The notes beneath the pieces are model-generated. The model made no database searches and was not told the DNA's origin. It was given only the letters and a program-made list of their open reading frames with translations. A DNA stretch of 64,000 bases. It comes from Savitreella phatthalungensis. Taxonomy: Eukaryota. A program made the position numbers and the translations under genes. The stretch covers positions 372,001-436,000 of the forward strand of contig AP039698.1 in NCBI GenBank assembly GCA_051599415.1, given 5' to 3'. The number at the start of each line of letters is the position of its first letter. Within the stretch, counting starts at the first letter, position 1. This document shows, piece after piece, positions 1 through 11,242 of this stretch.

Positions 1-101
1 GGCCATAGGATGAGATAAGGCAAGATATAAGGATGTAGCTTTCTATCGAGAGGCCTGTGGAGGGAAGCCGCTGCCACTAGATCCGATCGGACTAGCGACA
101 T
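1..101 (-). CDS. 5' end of a P5A-type ER ATPase (Spf1/Cta4 family), runs off the left edge
   Basis: Not in the ORF track. My translation from ATG at 101 gives MSLVRSDLVAAASLHRPLDRKLHPYILPYLILW(P), open to position 1. It resembles recalled fungal P5A-ATPase N-termini (LV...L..PL...H.Y..PF...WP). Only 33 codons are visible. Confidence 0.6.
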   Translation of the reverse strand, partial: MSLVRSDLVAAASLHRPLDRKLHPYILPYLILW

Positions 102-565
102 GGCAGATATAGGTGGGAAGAGCGAGGTCGTAAGATGTAGGAGACGGAATAAAACCAGCGTCTAATCTAGAGAATGAGAGTCTGTAAGAGACAAACCTGA
201 GGATGTTGGTTGGTAGGATGAAGGGTATGTGTACGTACGTATGAGTATCTTAGCTTTCTGCCTGTGCATTTCGTGGATGCTGCATGTGGAATAGAAAATT
301 TGACACGTGGACTCTCACGTCAGACTTTCTCAGAAGGTTATACACTTCATCAGGTATGAGTGAACCATTGAATGCACATCGAGGACTTGCATAGGTGCGT
401 GCGAGCAGGACTCTTGAAGGGATGTGAAGCCGTTGACGGCAGCTTGACCCTTGGCAGACACGTCATCAATCCACAGGGCACAAGTCACGAGTCACTGACG
501 CTGTTCATGGTAGAAAGAAAAGCTAGTCATACATAATGGTGAAGTTTGGTGGGTGGCAAGAGAAG

Positions 566-591
566 TAAGCTAAGCTGAGCTAAGCTAAGCT
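566..591. repeat. (TAAGC)n pentanucleotide repeat, about 5 imperfect copies
   Basis: taagc taagc tgagc taagc taagc read directly. Confidence 0.8.
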
Positions 592-685
592 GGACCATTC
601 CCGTATCATGATTATGGTAGGGTTGCTGGACGCTGTGGGTGCCACACACACGCTCGCTTAGCAGGTACTGGCTCGGATGCTGAGC

Positions 686-3295
686 TCAGCGCTGGAAGAT
701 CTTGTTGAGCATCTGTAAGGTTCTGCCGACGTGGAAGTGGACGTACTCGAGATCCAATAGCTGCACAGAATTCTGTTGCATTTCCAGAAGATCGTCCAAT
801 TTGAGGTCGAGCTCCAGCAGACCTCTTGTCCTGCCCTTGTAGTGAAGGGAGATGACAAATGCACCGGGCGATGGCGAGCTGATGTTGAAGAAGATGTTCT
901 GCCTTCTGGACTCGGGCACGTTCGTCTCGACAATGACACCGTCACGCTCGAGCTGTGCGTGAGTGAAACGATGTGGTCCGAGAACCAGCTTGCCTTGCTT
1001 TTTTTGCTTGCCGCCAACAGCAACGACGCCGATGCCCCGTTCTGAAGCTTTTGTGCCGGCCTGGCCGCGTACGTTGAGAAGATATGCGCGGTAAGTATCG
1101 AGCTGACCTTTAAGATAGTCGTTGTGGTCACAGATAGTCTTGAAGACCGCCTGCAACGATTCAGTCTCGACCACAGCTTTATCGCGCACACTGCCGAGAT
1201 ACGCTAGCTCTTGGGAAATTTCGTCGCGTAAGAGCACCAGGTCCTGCCCAGCATCGATGAGCTCGCGCAGCTGCTCGAGTGCTTTGAGTCCACGGCGCAC
1301 GAGCGCTGCATCCTTCGACTTCGCAGCACTGTCCGCTACGCGCTCAAGGTCAAGCGGTGGCGGTTCTGGCCTGCTTCTCAGGATTTGAACGAATGTCGAT
1401 TTTGATTCCATGAACAAGATATCCTGTGGAGTCAGGTCTAGGGACTGACTGATCTCGTTGATCGGTGTCTCCCATCGACTGAATAATGGGAGCTCGATCG
1501 CTTTGTTTTCCGAACGGAGCACCTGTGGCGGAGCAAACCCGAGCTCCTTTATGATGATGCGCAAGTGACTTTTCGCATCTGGTGCAAGCGTGTCGATATG
1601 CCTCTCAAGCAGGTGATGCATGGTGAAGACCTCGTTTAACGTGATGTCAAGTATCAGATCTTTCTTCGAGAGCGCGACGTACTGATCCATCTCCAAGGCT
1701 TCGAAGAAGTCTGGCACTTCACAGATATCCATGAGGAAGCGATCGATTCGTTCGCTGTTTGCCTCAATGAAGGGCTGGAAGGGTGCGATGTAGGCCTCCT
1801 TGTGATGGGTCGGCTTGTTGACCAAGTTCTGGAGGAGCTTGGCAATCAGTGTGAGCGTCCGTCGTGGGTTGTCGCCTGGCACTGCATCGACGAGCATGTA
1901 GCCTGACGGTGAGACAATTGCTGGATTGATGAATCGGAGGAAGAAGAATGCACCGATGAGCGAGCAGATATTTGCTTCCGGGAACTTTCTGCGGGTGAGA
2001 TTGCGAATTTGCTTGCAGATCCACCGGATACCATATGGGATATCGTCGATGCTGGCTAGGATAGTTTCCAGGAAGGCATTAGCTAGCTCGACCAGCATGA
2101 CGTAACGAGGGGACATGATAGCAATCACTTCCCGATTGTTCGTGATCGTCTCAAGCGAGACTGCACGAGGCATGTGCGCTGGCTCTTGCCCGTTTTCCAG
2201 GGTCAACTGATCGATCAGCTGCTCGTACACTTTGAGTGGGTTGATCTCGAGGTTGAGATCTGCCTGATCGAGCAGAGCGTGTATCCGTTCTGAGAGGACG
2301 GATTTAAGGTACTGCTGACCTGGTCCACGTCGTGTGTACGTGGTCATCATGCGTGAGACTGGCGTGTTTGCTCGCAAGAGGTTTGTGTGTTCTGTGGAGG
2401 ACTCAAACTGTGCACTCAAGACTGTTTGGAACATGGTCAGGAGAAGATTCTCTTCACGTGACTCGTACTGGTTTCCATAGATGGTGAACATGACAGTTTG
2501 CAGTAACGAGTCAATCTCGGATAGAGAGACCAGACGTGTGAGGTTGGCGATATGTTTTGGTTCGCTCTGCAAGAGACAGAACAGGTTGCCGTACTGCTGA
2601 AGCCGCCTGTCGTCTGGGAAATGCGCATTGGCCGGTTCACCATCGTCATCAAAGTCTCTGCCAAAATCGCTTTCGTCGAGGGCCATACGATTCTGAATGA
2701 GCAATGCGATACGAGAGTCGAGATATCTGACATCTCTTTCAAGCACAAAATTCTTCTTGCTCTGACTTGAAATGTTTGCCTTGAGCTTTCGAAGACGTCG
2801 CTGAGCGCGTGCGAGCTCATCTTCGACGTCGTCATCCTCATGCGCTGCAACCATGGAGTACATAGCTGTGATTGATCTTCTAGATGTCTTATCGCTCATT
2901 GTGCTTGGAGAATGACTTCGTCTGTGAGTGTTGGATCGTCTCTGCCTTGCTGCGACTGCTGCCATGCCTGCTGATGGTCCACCTGCGATTGTGGATAGGG
3001 ATGTGGCTGTGGAAGTGGATGTGGTCATGGTCGAGTTGGAATGTGGTACAGACAGAAGGTTCCTTGCTGGTAGTGAGCTTGTGATTGACTGTGTAGCTGC
3101 AGCTGCTGGACCAGATGCACTTGCAGTTGCTGGTGGGGATATGGATGCGGATGCAGATGCAGATGCCGATGCCGAGATTGAGACTGAGGCTGAGGCTGAG
3201 GTCGATGAGAGCGGCGGTGAAGTGGACACTCGTACCGAACCTGGTGATGACGCCGAGGATCGGTTCGGTCTCGTGCTCAGCTGCGGCGTGGCCAT
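686..3295 (-). CDS. gap1: Ras GTPase-activating protein (S. pombe Gap1/Sar1 type) with RasGAP and RasGAP_C domains
   Basis: LLRANTPVSRMM arginine-finger region, FFFLRFINPAIVSP GAP signature, SKKNFVLERDVRYLDSRIALLIQNRM coiled coil. Start set at MATPQ (3295); the upstream ATG at 3331 is possible. Ser/Ala low-complexity N-terminus. Confidence 0.9.
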   Translation of the reverse strand: MATPQLSTRPNRSSASSPGSVRVSTSPPLSSTSASASVSISASASASASASISPPATASASGPAAAATQSITSSLPARNLLSVPHSNSTMTTSTSTATSLSTIAGGPSAGMAAVAARQRRSNTHRRSHSPSTMSDKTSRRSITAMYSMVAAHEDDDVEDELARAQRRLRKLKANISSQSKKNFVLERDVRYLDSRIALLIQNRMALDESDFGRDFDDDGEPANAHFPDDRRLQQYGNLFCLLQSEPKHIANLTRLVSLSEIDSLLQTVMFTIYGNQYESREENLLLTMFQTVLSAQFESSTEHTNLLRANTPVSRMMTTYTRRGPGQQYLKSVLSERIHALLDQADLNLEINPLKVYEQLIDQLTLENGQEPAHMPRAVSLETITNNREVIAIMSPRYVMLVELANAFLETILASIDDIPYGIRWICKQIRNLTRRKFPEANICSLIGAFFFLRFINPAIVSPSGYMLVDAVPGDNPRRTLTLIAKLLQNLVNKPTHHKEAYIAPFQPFIEANSERIDRFLMDICEVPDFFEALEMDQYVALSKKDLILDITLNEVFTMHHLLERHIDTLAPDAKSHLRIIIKELGFAPPQVLRSENKAIELPLFSRWETPINEISQSLDLTPQDILFMESKSTFVQILRSRPEPPPLDLERVADSAAKSKDAALVRRGLKALEQLRELIDAGQDLVLLRDEISQELAYLGSVRDKAVVETESLQAVFKTICDHNDYLKGQLDTYRAYLLNVRGQAGTKASERGIGVVAVGGKQKKQGKLVLGPHRFTHAQLERDGVIVETNVPESRRQNIFFNISSPSPGAFVISLHYKGRTRGLLELDLKLDDLLEMQQNSVQLLDLEYVHFHVGRTLQMLNKIFQR

Positions 3296-4461
3296 ATCGA
3301 TTGTGTGAGAGAACGTTCGAGAGAGACGCAATGGGTGAATCGGTTGTGGTCAGACGACTCTTCGCGAGACGACAATTGGACAGCGAGCTAGGGAGAAGAC
3401 AAGGTGGTGGGAGATTTCAGAAAGCAGAATGGGGAGAAAAGGTTGAGCGTCTCAGAAAAGCAGTGTCGTCATCTGGTAAGCTTCGATTGCGTTGGGAGAG
3501 AAAGAGATAGAGATCGCGCACGGACGACTAAGAGTGGGACGGTCAGATTTGTATGAGCAGGTCAAGGCTCAGTTGTGGGACTGCGGCTGATTGGAGGTTG
3601 AGATTGAGCAAACCAGTGAAACTGGGCGACAGGACGTGGGCAGAAGAAGAATGCTTTGAGCAGCCTCGATTCAGAAATCACGCGACGTTTCAACCAGCAG
3701 CGTGGGTGACAGCGTGGAAGCGCGTGTCGAAGAAGCTGTCAGATGTAAAAGGCTCGTTCAGCAACAGCCCAGAATGACCTCAACAAATGACTGCAGCGCG
3801 TGGTCGCGTGAATCAGCGTAGACCTACAAGAGACTCTCGTCGAAAGCCACGTGAGCAGTGACAGTCGTTGGCAAGAAGAACAGCGTTTCAGATTCTCCAA
3901 GCACGTTTAGATCGAGAGGCTGAAGTCCGCCGCAGGTATTATATGCACGAATGAGCAGGAGATGAACGTGTGGATGTCACGTCGTGATGCGCCGACCAGG
4001 TTGCAAGCTTGGCTGATTAAGCGAAGTTGGGATTACCCAAAATGTCAGTGCGCGTGTAACAAGGTATCGATCGAGGTATGTCTGTGCGCGTGTCGGCGGT
4101 CAAGTATCGCCGGTGACCGATAGGCAAGTTTGGACGTCACAACGGCGTATTTATCTTGATTTGAGTGGGAAGTTGATGATGGCGATGCAAAGAAGATGAT
4201 AGATAGAGAGTGTGTAGGTGAAGGGCAGACGACGATGGAGATGAGTCTAGTCTGCAAGCTAGCAGGATGTCCCTGTTGTCTGTGAGGATGAGAAAGGCCT
4301 GTGTGCTTATAGTGTGTTGTGTATAGGTGCGCCTGTGGTCGTCCGTGTATCCTGGAAATTTAGAAAGAGCCCTTATGGTTCATACGGTGGAACTGTTGAC
4401 TGAGCCGTGCTACACTCGAGATCTGTATTGTGCGTTGTAAATCTGGTGCATAGTTGTGTAG

Positions 4462-4537
4462 GTAAGTATTAGTCCTAGAAGCTGTGCTGCTGCTTTCTTT
4501 ACTCTTCCTGCTTCTTCTGCTATACTAATTTATTTAG
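4462..4537 (+). other. Consensus spliceosomal intron (76 nt) with no identified host CDS
   Basis: G|GTAAGT donor, pyrimidine-rich body, TACTAAT branch point, TTTAG|G acceptor. Confidence 0.6.
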
Positions 4538-5501
4538 GCGTATTCTACGTACGGCTTTGTGCGTACGATAGAATTATTCATATATGCTTTTCATCCACTC
4601 GAGCGCAGTTGTTTGGTGCATGCTTGTCACAAACATATCAGATTTTCTTTGTTTGCATTGCATTCATTCGACCATTCAACCTACAGTCGATGCACGCATG
4701 ACGAAAATGGACGACTGGATGCACTATCTGACCGTCAGAAGATCTAGCAAACGTGCTAGCTCGCTTAAAGTGGTCGTCAAATGAGCCAGTCGTATGCTCA
4801 TTCTATCATAGATCTGGTGGGTGAGACACTCGATCGGTTACCGGATGAGAGTGATCGAATGTCTCGAATCACGCTTGTGAAACGTTCTTTGTCTGGCTGA
4901 TTCTGTATGTCAAAGGATATATACAGTACAGGGTTCTTTAATTGATGAATGAACAATAACACTGCACAGACTGATGTGTCACACTCCTTAGAACCTTGGG
5001 ATTCAGATTTAACTTCAGCACTAATTCAGCTTTAGTTCCAAAGCAGCACAACAGCTCCCTCTACCTACCGTATCTGGCCAACTTTCAAAATGAATTCGTA
5101 GTTCAGCTGTCCAGCTTTGAGTCATGAATCTGATTTGATTGATCGACCCAACGACAATTTTGTACTAGAACAATTGAGTATGGAGAATACATGAACTCGT
5201 GCATTCCAGTGCTCGTGCAATCCAATGCTCTTGAAACCTGCATGATGCACATATATTCGCATATATCGGCAAGTAGGGCTCGATGCTCTGAATTTTGAAA
5301 TTCCAATATATTCTCGACTTCTGAACAAAAAGATGCACGAAGTCGACCAGATTGACAGTTGACCTTGTGACTGAATGATGAGTTGCAATATACAGCTAGC
5401 CTTCCACCTTCATTGTATCCCTCTGCAGTCAATCAGCCTGATCGTTCAGTATCACACAGCCAACTCATATCATTGCTCAGAGCTTGTCTCGCTCGCGGTA
5501 A

Positions 5502-6464
5502 TCAGTCTTTGCCCTGATCGGGAGTCTCCTTTTCCGCCAGAACTTCAGCTTGTGCACCTGTTGCATTTTCTGTTGTCTCTTTCTGTGCGAGCACCTGCAC
5601 GTGAATCTCTGAAGGGTTATACCGCTTAAGCTTCTCGCTCTCTCTCACGATCCCTACCCCAAGGTATCCCCTGATCAACGTGATGTTGATCGCTACATCA
5701 TGTCCCTTCAGCTGGACCTTGTGATGGTCGCCACCGATCTCTCTGACTGCTGCTGCTGTGGCTGGAATGATCTGATCCCGCGTCAGCTGGTCGTTACACC
5801 GTGCGTCAACGTCCACACGGAATCCCAATCCTGTATCTCCCGAGAATACCGAAGGTAGTGCCTGTGAGAGCGCCCGTTTCAGCCCGTCTAAACTTGCATC
5901 TGCGGACCCACTGATCGGTGTCATTCGCCTCGTAAATCGTCCGTGGACCACCTCTCTCGGACTTTTGTACTTGTCCTCCATCAATCGAAAAACGAAGACC
6001 GTCGGATCGATCCGCCGGTCGAATTTGATGAACAGGACACACTCGACGTTTGTTCTGAGTGGTGTGAATGTCCGTTTAGGAGGTGGCCCTTTCTGTGTTG
6101 TCTTGGTAGCATCATTTGCAGCCTCTTGTTGAAGTGCCTTCAATTCAGATTCGTACTCATTCTCGACGCCGCCCGCGCTCTCGTCATCCGCGTCCTCCTC
6201 ATTATCCTCCTCCTTCTGTGCATCGTCTCCGGTGTTCTCAGGCACACTCTCCGCCAGCAGATCCGGGTATCGTTCCAGGTGTCTCTCAAACATCAGCAGC
6301 ACATCCTTCTGCGCAGCCATCTCCTTCCCACGCACACAAGTCACAAAGCATCCACGAGCGCCAGGCGTCAGTGATCCAGCCTTGTCAAACTGGAATCGTT
6401 TGGCGGACTTGCCATTGCCACTTCCATGACCATTTTCTGGCCTTTTCCGCTTCTCCTGTGTCAT
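5502..6464 (-). CDS. TAN1: THUMP-domain tRNA acetylation adaptor (Tan1/THUMPD1)
   Basis: GCFVTCVRGKE N-terminal motif, ECVLFIK, RFTRRMTPI, HKVQLKGHDVAI, KRYN. Start MTQEKRK at 6464. Confidence 0.85.
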   Translation of the reverse strand: MTQEKRKRPENGHGSGNGKSAKRFQFDKAGSLTPGARGCFVTCVRGKEMAAQKDVLLMFERHLERYPDLLAESVPENTGDDAQKEEDNEEDADDESAGGVENEYESELKALQQEAANDATKTTQKGPPPKRTFTPLRTNVECVLFIKFDRRIDPTVFVFRLMEDKYKSPREVVHGRFTRRMTPISGSADASLDGLKRALSQALPSVFSGDTGLGFRVDVDARCNDQLTRDQIIPATAAAVREIGGDHHKVQLKGHDVAINITLIRGYLGVGIVRESEKLKRYNPSEIHVQVLAQKETTENATGAQAEVLAEKETPDQGKD

Positions 6465-6896
6465 TTCTACACACTGCAAGATCCCAGATGCTGGACACTC
6501 TCGTCTCTGATACTCTGTATGGTGTCCACCGATGTAGCTCAATACTTCAGTAGCTTTAGAGGACTCTGCCTGGATCGTTGTCAATTTCACGTGAAGTATA
6601 TTTCCTGCATCCAACAATCATAGACAATCGGTCGATGCACGTCTGTCCACAGAACATAAAAAGAAACATAAGATTGAGTCATCGTCTCATCTGCTCATAC
6701 GCATCTTCAGCGGCATTTCTACTGAGGGAAAACAACCATAGGTTTGCAAATAAGTGCCGTTCAGGTCACCAACGCGCTTGGAGCTCTCCTTTGTACGCTT
6801 TGTCAGTTCCGGAAGACACATCGCCGACTTTCTGGCTCCCTTTACCCTCTAATCTGACGCCGATAGGCATTAGATACAAGGCTGAGTGTGGTTTCC

Positions 6897-9356
6897 ATGA
6901 CCGATACAGCCCCTATAACGGATGCTTTATCCGCTCCACAGAGATCCGGCAGCACTCGTCTAGTCGGGGATGTGGAAGGACTTTTACAAGATCGAATTAA
7001 TCTGGATCGGCTGGACTACGATGCATACTTGTCCCTTGTCGGGTACTATCGTGAGCGTGGAAGCTTGGACGAGGCGCGTGAGGTGTTTGAACGTCTTTTG
7101 GAGGTTGTTCCCGAGGCTCCGTCGATCTGGCAGGGACTGGCATCGATGGAGGTAGACGCTCATGAATTCATGCGCGTCGAGAATGTCTTCAATCGATGTC
7201 TATTGAACGTGCTGGACGTTTCCCTGTGGACTTTCTACCTTGACTACATCCGTCGAATGAACGATGTGTCTGGTTCTGGGACGACTGCCGCCGGTGGAGC
7301 CCCTGCCACCTCCACCGCCGGAGGCGCCAGGGCCACCGTCACACAGGCCTTCGAGTTCGTTTTGCTCAACGTCGGCTTTGACTACCATGCAGGCTCGATC
7401 TGGCATGACTACCTCGAATTTCTCAAATCCGCTCCAGCCCCATCGACCACATGGGAGGAGCAGCAACGGCAGGACCAACTCCGGCGGGTCTACCAGCGCG
7501 CCGTCGCCACCCCTCTCGCCAACGTCGAGAGCATCTGGCGCGACTACGATCGATTGGAGAACTCGATCAACCGGCAGACTGCACGCAAGTTCTTGCAGGA
7601 GAGCTCACCAGGGTACATGACGGCACGGGCGTGTGCGCGTGAGCTGAGCAGGCTACTTGAGCCGCTCGACGTGCGGGCTTTGCCGAAGCTGCCTGAGCGG
7701 ACCCCTCAGGAGGACGATCAGCTGTCGGCATGGCGGCGGTGGATCGACTGGGAAAAGAACAACCCACTCGGGCTCGAGGACACGTCTGCGGTGAAGCGAA
7801 GAATCAAATACGCGTACAAGCGGTACATGACCTGCTGCAGATTCTTTCCAGAAGTCTGGTACGAGGCTGCGCATTACTTCGATACGACAGAGGGAGAAGA
7901 TGCAGCGGCGTGCCTCGCAAACGGATTCAAGGCATGTCCGAGCTCCTGGCTAGTTGGCTTTGCTCACGCGGAAGCAGAGGAATCCCTCAAACATACCCAG
8001 ACTGTCAAGGAGATCTACGATCAGCTGCTGAGAGAGAACGAAGCCGCTGCAAAACGAGCAGAAGACGCCTATACAACGCTGGTCGCTGAAAACGCTGCTG
8101 CTGCGGAGGAGGAGAAGAAACAAGCCTCGAATACGAACGGAGATTCAGATGACAAGAACGATCGAAATGAACTGAACAAAGACCACGACGACGATGATGA
8201 TGACGACGAGGACGTCATTCAGCGAGTGCAACCGACAAACGCTTCAACTACAGACGAGGCCAAAGAGCAATTAGATGAAGAGCTGGTGGAGTATGGGAGG
8301 GATGCCACAACGGGATACATCATGTACATGCGAGCTATGCGTCGGCTGGAAGGTATCAAGGGTGCTCGATCTGTGTTTGCAAGGGCTGTGAAAGCTGGAC
8401 GGACGAGTTGGCAGCTGTACGTGTCTTCTGCGATGATGGAGCACCAGTGCTCGAAGGACTCCGGGGTCGCCGTGAAGGTGCTGCGGATGGGAATGAAGCA
8501 GCACGGTGAGACTGAGGCATACGTGCTAGCATACCTCGACTTTCTGATTGCCATCAAGGACGACGCCAACGCCCGAGCCCTCTTCGAGCAAGCCGCCCCG
8601 AAGCTCGACAAGCCACGAGCACTCTACGACCGGTTCTACGCGTATGAAGCCATGTACGGCGACCTCGACACGACGAGAAAGCTCGACGCCAGAATGGCTG
8701 AACTCTTCCCTGACGACGACCCACTCTCCCGCTTCGGCCAACGACACACATTCATGGGACTAGACCCGATCGCCACACGCGACCTCCAACTCCTCCAACC
8801 CGAACCGCAACCTATCCTCCTCCTTCCCCCGCCTCCCCCACCAGGCTGGATACCACCGCCCCCACCAGGCTGGGTACCACCAGCAGACACTGCAACCCTA
8901 CCGCCACTACCACCACCAGGCTGGATCCCGCCTGCTGGCTTACTTCCTGTCCCTGCACCCGCACCTGCACCTGCACCTGCACCTGCACCTGTACCACAGC
9001 CTGCGCCTGCATCTGCACCAGTACCGCCTGCTGCGCCGGCAACTTGGACACCGCCTGGTGCGATCATGGACTTGATAGGTCGGTTGCCTTTTGCTGGTAC
9101 GATGGGTGATATTGATGCTGATTTCGGTGGGATTGTGAGAGTGCTGGCTGGTGTGGAGGTGGTGAAGAAGGAAGAGGTGGTAGCAGCGCCGACGGTACCG
9201 GTGGTGAGTAGTGTTGGGGTGAAGGGATCAGGTAAGCGTGGTCCACCTATACCACCACCACCACCGGAAGACCTCGTTCCATTAGGACGTCATAACGATC
9301 CTCGTGATCCTTACAAGAAACGCAATCTCGGAGGTTCCGCACCGAGCGTAGTATAG
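6897..9356 (+). CDS. RNA14: mRNA 3'-end processing factor Rna14/CstF-77 (HAT repeats, Suf domain)
   Basis: FNRCLLNVLDVSLWTFYLDYIRR, IWHDYLEFLK, WRRWIDWEKNNPL, MRAMRRLEGIKGARSVF; proline-rich C-terminal part. Confidence 0.93.
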   Translation: MTDTAPITDALSAPQRSGSTRLVGDVEGLLQDRINLDRLDYDAYLSLVGYYRERGSLDEAREVFERLLEVVPEAPSIWQGLASMEVDAHEFMRVENVFNRCLLNVLDVSLWTFYLDYIRRMNDVSGSGTTAAGGAPATSTAGGARATVTQAFEFVLLNVGFDYHAGSIWHDYLEFLKSAPAPSTTWEEQQRQDQLRRVYQRAVATPLANVESIWRDYDRLENSINRQTARKFLQESSPGYMTARACARELSRLLEPLDVRALPKLPERTPQEDDQLSAWRRWIDWEKNNPLGLEDTSAVKRRIKYAYKRYMTCCRFFPEVWYEAAHYFDTTEGEDAAACLANGFKACPSSWLVGFAHAEAEESLKHTQTVKEIYDQLLRENEAAAKRAEDAYTTLVAENAAAAEEEKKQASNTNGDSDDKNDRNELNKDHDDDDDDDEDVIQRVQPTNASTTDEAKEQLDEELVEYGRDATTGYIMYMRAMRRLEGIKGARSVFARAVKAGRTSWQLYVSSAMMEHQCSKDSGVAVKVLRMGMKQHGETEAYVLAYLDFLIAIKDDANARALFEQAAPKLDKPRALYDRFYAYEAMYGDLDTTRKLDARMAELFPDDDPLSRFGQRHTFMGLDPIATRDLQLLQPEPQPILLLPPPPPPGWIPPPPPGWVPPADTATLPPLPPPGWIPPAGLLPVPAPAPAPAPAPAPVPQPAPASAPVPPAAPATWTPPGAIMDLIGRLPFAGTMGDIDADFGGIVRVLAGVEVVKKEEVVAAPTVPVVSSVGVKGSGKRGPPIPPPPPEDLVPLGRHNDPRDPYKKRNLGGSAPSVV

Positions 9357-9432
9357 TAGGGCGCTCATGCATGACATAAGTCTAGACTTTTTATACGGAC
9401 TTGGAAAAAGGTACGAGATGTGCATGGGCTTG

Positions 9433-10308
9433 CTAGGCTGTCGGGGGTGGAGGGACCCAGACGAGTGCTGGGACTTCTCTGTCGGGTGCTCTGCCGAGTG
9501 GGTCTGTGAGGCGGATGGATCTGGGGAGTTGGGTGAAGCCGTGGGCGAAGTAGAACGGTCTTCCAATAAGGGACGACTCCAGATAAGCTTGGACGCCTAT
9601 CTGCGCACATCGCGACTGCACTTCCCTCATCAGGATGCGACCGATCCCGCGGCGATGACCCAGAGGGTGCACGGCAACGTAGTTCATGTAGCAGAATGGA
9701 GTGTTGGGCGATGTTTCGTTCTCATTTGAGGACGTTGGTTGATTAGTGGCATTCTCGTTGGCGTCGATGGTGATCAAATTCTCGTCATCGGGAATCGGAA
9801 GCTCTCCCTTGCCGCCGGGTGATCGAGCTGCGATGGAAGCAGACGACATATTGCGCTTCCTGACCTGACCGAATTGAGCACCGACGATCTTGACACGCCG
9901 CTGCTCCTCGCGTTCGAGGACATCGGCAATGTCCGGTGGCTCCTGCTCGCCAGGCAGCTCGATCTTGGGCTGGTGCTCGGGCGAGTGCTCGATGCGGTAG
10001 TGTAAATAGCCGAGAATGGTCCGGGAAGGGTCTTGCGTGTCTGCCAGCACGTCTGTGTCTGGGTCATCGGTGGTGATGGCAGCTCTGTCGACCGTTGCCA
10101 CAACACAGGTGTATGCATTCGATCGAATTGCGTAGACCCATCGTTCACCCCAAAGCTCCTCGTTCGAGAATGAAGCCCACTCACGAATCTGGTCCTCGAC
10201 AAATGCACGTGTGCGAATTCGCGCAAGAGCACGCACGTCAGCAGGATCAGCGGCACGAAGCCGGACGTCCTTCAAGTTTGCAATTTTCGATGGCGTTAAT
10301 GTAGTCAT
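9433..10308 (-). CDS. GNAT-family N-acetyltransferase
   Basis: Motif A YVAVHPLGHRRGIGRILM, then AYLESSLIGRPFYFAHGF; N-terminal LRAADPADVRAL. First ATG at 10308; the track start is TTG. Confidence 0.85.
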   Translation of the reverse strand: MTTLTPSKIANLKDVRLRAADPADVRALARIRTRAFVEDQIREWASFSNEELWGERWVYAIRSNAYTCVVATVDRAAITTDDPDTDVLADTQDPSRTILGYLHYRIEHSPEHQPKIELPGEQEPPDIADVLEREEQRRVKIVGAQFGQVRKRNMSSASIAARSPGGKGELPIPDDENLITIDANENATNQPTSSNENETSPNTPFCYMNYVAVHPLGHRRGIGRILMREVQSRCAQIGVQAYLESSLIGRPFYFAHGFTQLPRSIRLTDPLGRAPDREVPALVWVPPPPTA

Positions 10309-11242
10309 GTCGTGATAAGTCGTATCGTACTTTTGAAATTCCTCACCGTCCGCGTCCTCACTTGAGCGACAGGATGGCCGAGCGGGGGCCGGCGTCTCCG
10401 AGAAGTAAGTCGACCGATCTTTCGTAAGACGAGACAATCGATATGAGCAGTCGTCTCCGATTGACTGAGTGGATGTGTCAAATCTAAACAGGCGTCTCGT
10501 GAGTCGTCGACAGTCAATCCGTTACGTGCGTGGGTGACCGCGTGATGGATGGGCAGGGTTACACAATCTGGCTGAAGATCTTTTGGCAGTGTATAGGAGG
10601 AATGCCGAGCGCGTGCCTTTCTCTCTGATACAAACAGCTTGTACACGTTGGAAGGGCTCGTCACAAACTTCTCCCAATCGCTCGAAGCTTTCAAACCGAG
10701 GCAGGAGAGTCGAGCAGCCTGACAAAAGGTAGCTGATACGTGAGTGTGTGTCAGTTCCTAGACTGGGTCTGTCAAGGAGCAGCGCGGTCAAGTTGCCAAG
10801 TCGGAATGGTCAAAGGCCGAAGATCACAGGCTCCGGACGCGAGGTGTCTCCGAGAGTTCCCCTGCTGTTCCGCGTTTTCCTCGCTTGTCTCGCTTGTGAC
10901 GATGGCCTAGCCGAGTAATTGCTCGATGACGAAGAGATGATGTGTGTATGTGTGTACGAGAGAGGTAGGAGAGTTGATGAGTGATACTCGGTAAGATTGC
11001 CAGATGGTGATGATGGATTCTGTTTTTGGAAAAAGGGATGATCTATGCGATCCCGCGCTGGTCAGGGAAGTGGAATGTCTCTTAAGCTGGTGGGCGATGA
11101 TGACTTGGCTTTTCCTTTCGTTTACTCTGTCGAATGGTAAGGAGATGGCTTATTCCTTACCGACTTTCTCACTTTGCACTGCGTGTACTGAAGAAGAGTT
11201 TCTGCCTTTTACAATACCGTCCTGTACTGTACTGTGAGTATT

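Noticed and set aside
4375..4440. 21-aa ORF ending YCAL, considered as a lipopeptide pheromone precursor
   Set aside because: Cys is third from the end, so it is not a CaaX box
10484..10791. ORF 10791-10522 is in frame with the GNAT, and a 42-nt GTAACG..TTTAG intron could remove its stop
   Set aside because: No ATG in the extended frame before the next stop at 10812; splice signals are weak
11204..11212. GCCTTTTAC, the invariant U5 snRNA loop 1 sequence
   Set aside because: Flanks (gtttct / aatacc) do not form the closing stem, and no Sm site follows at the expected distance
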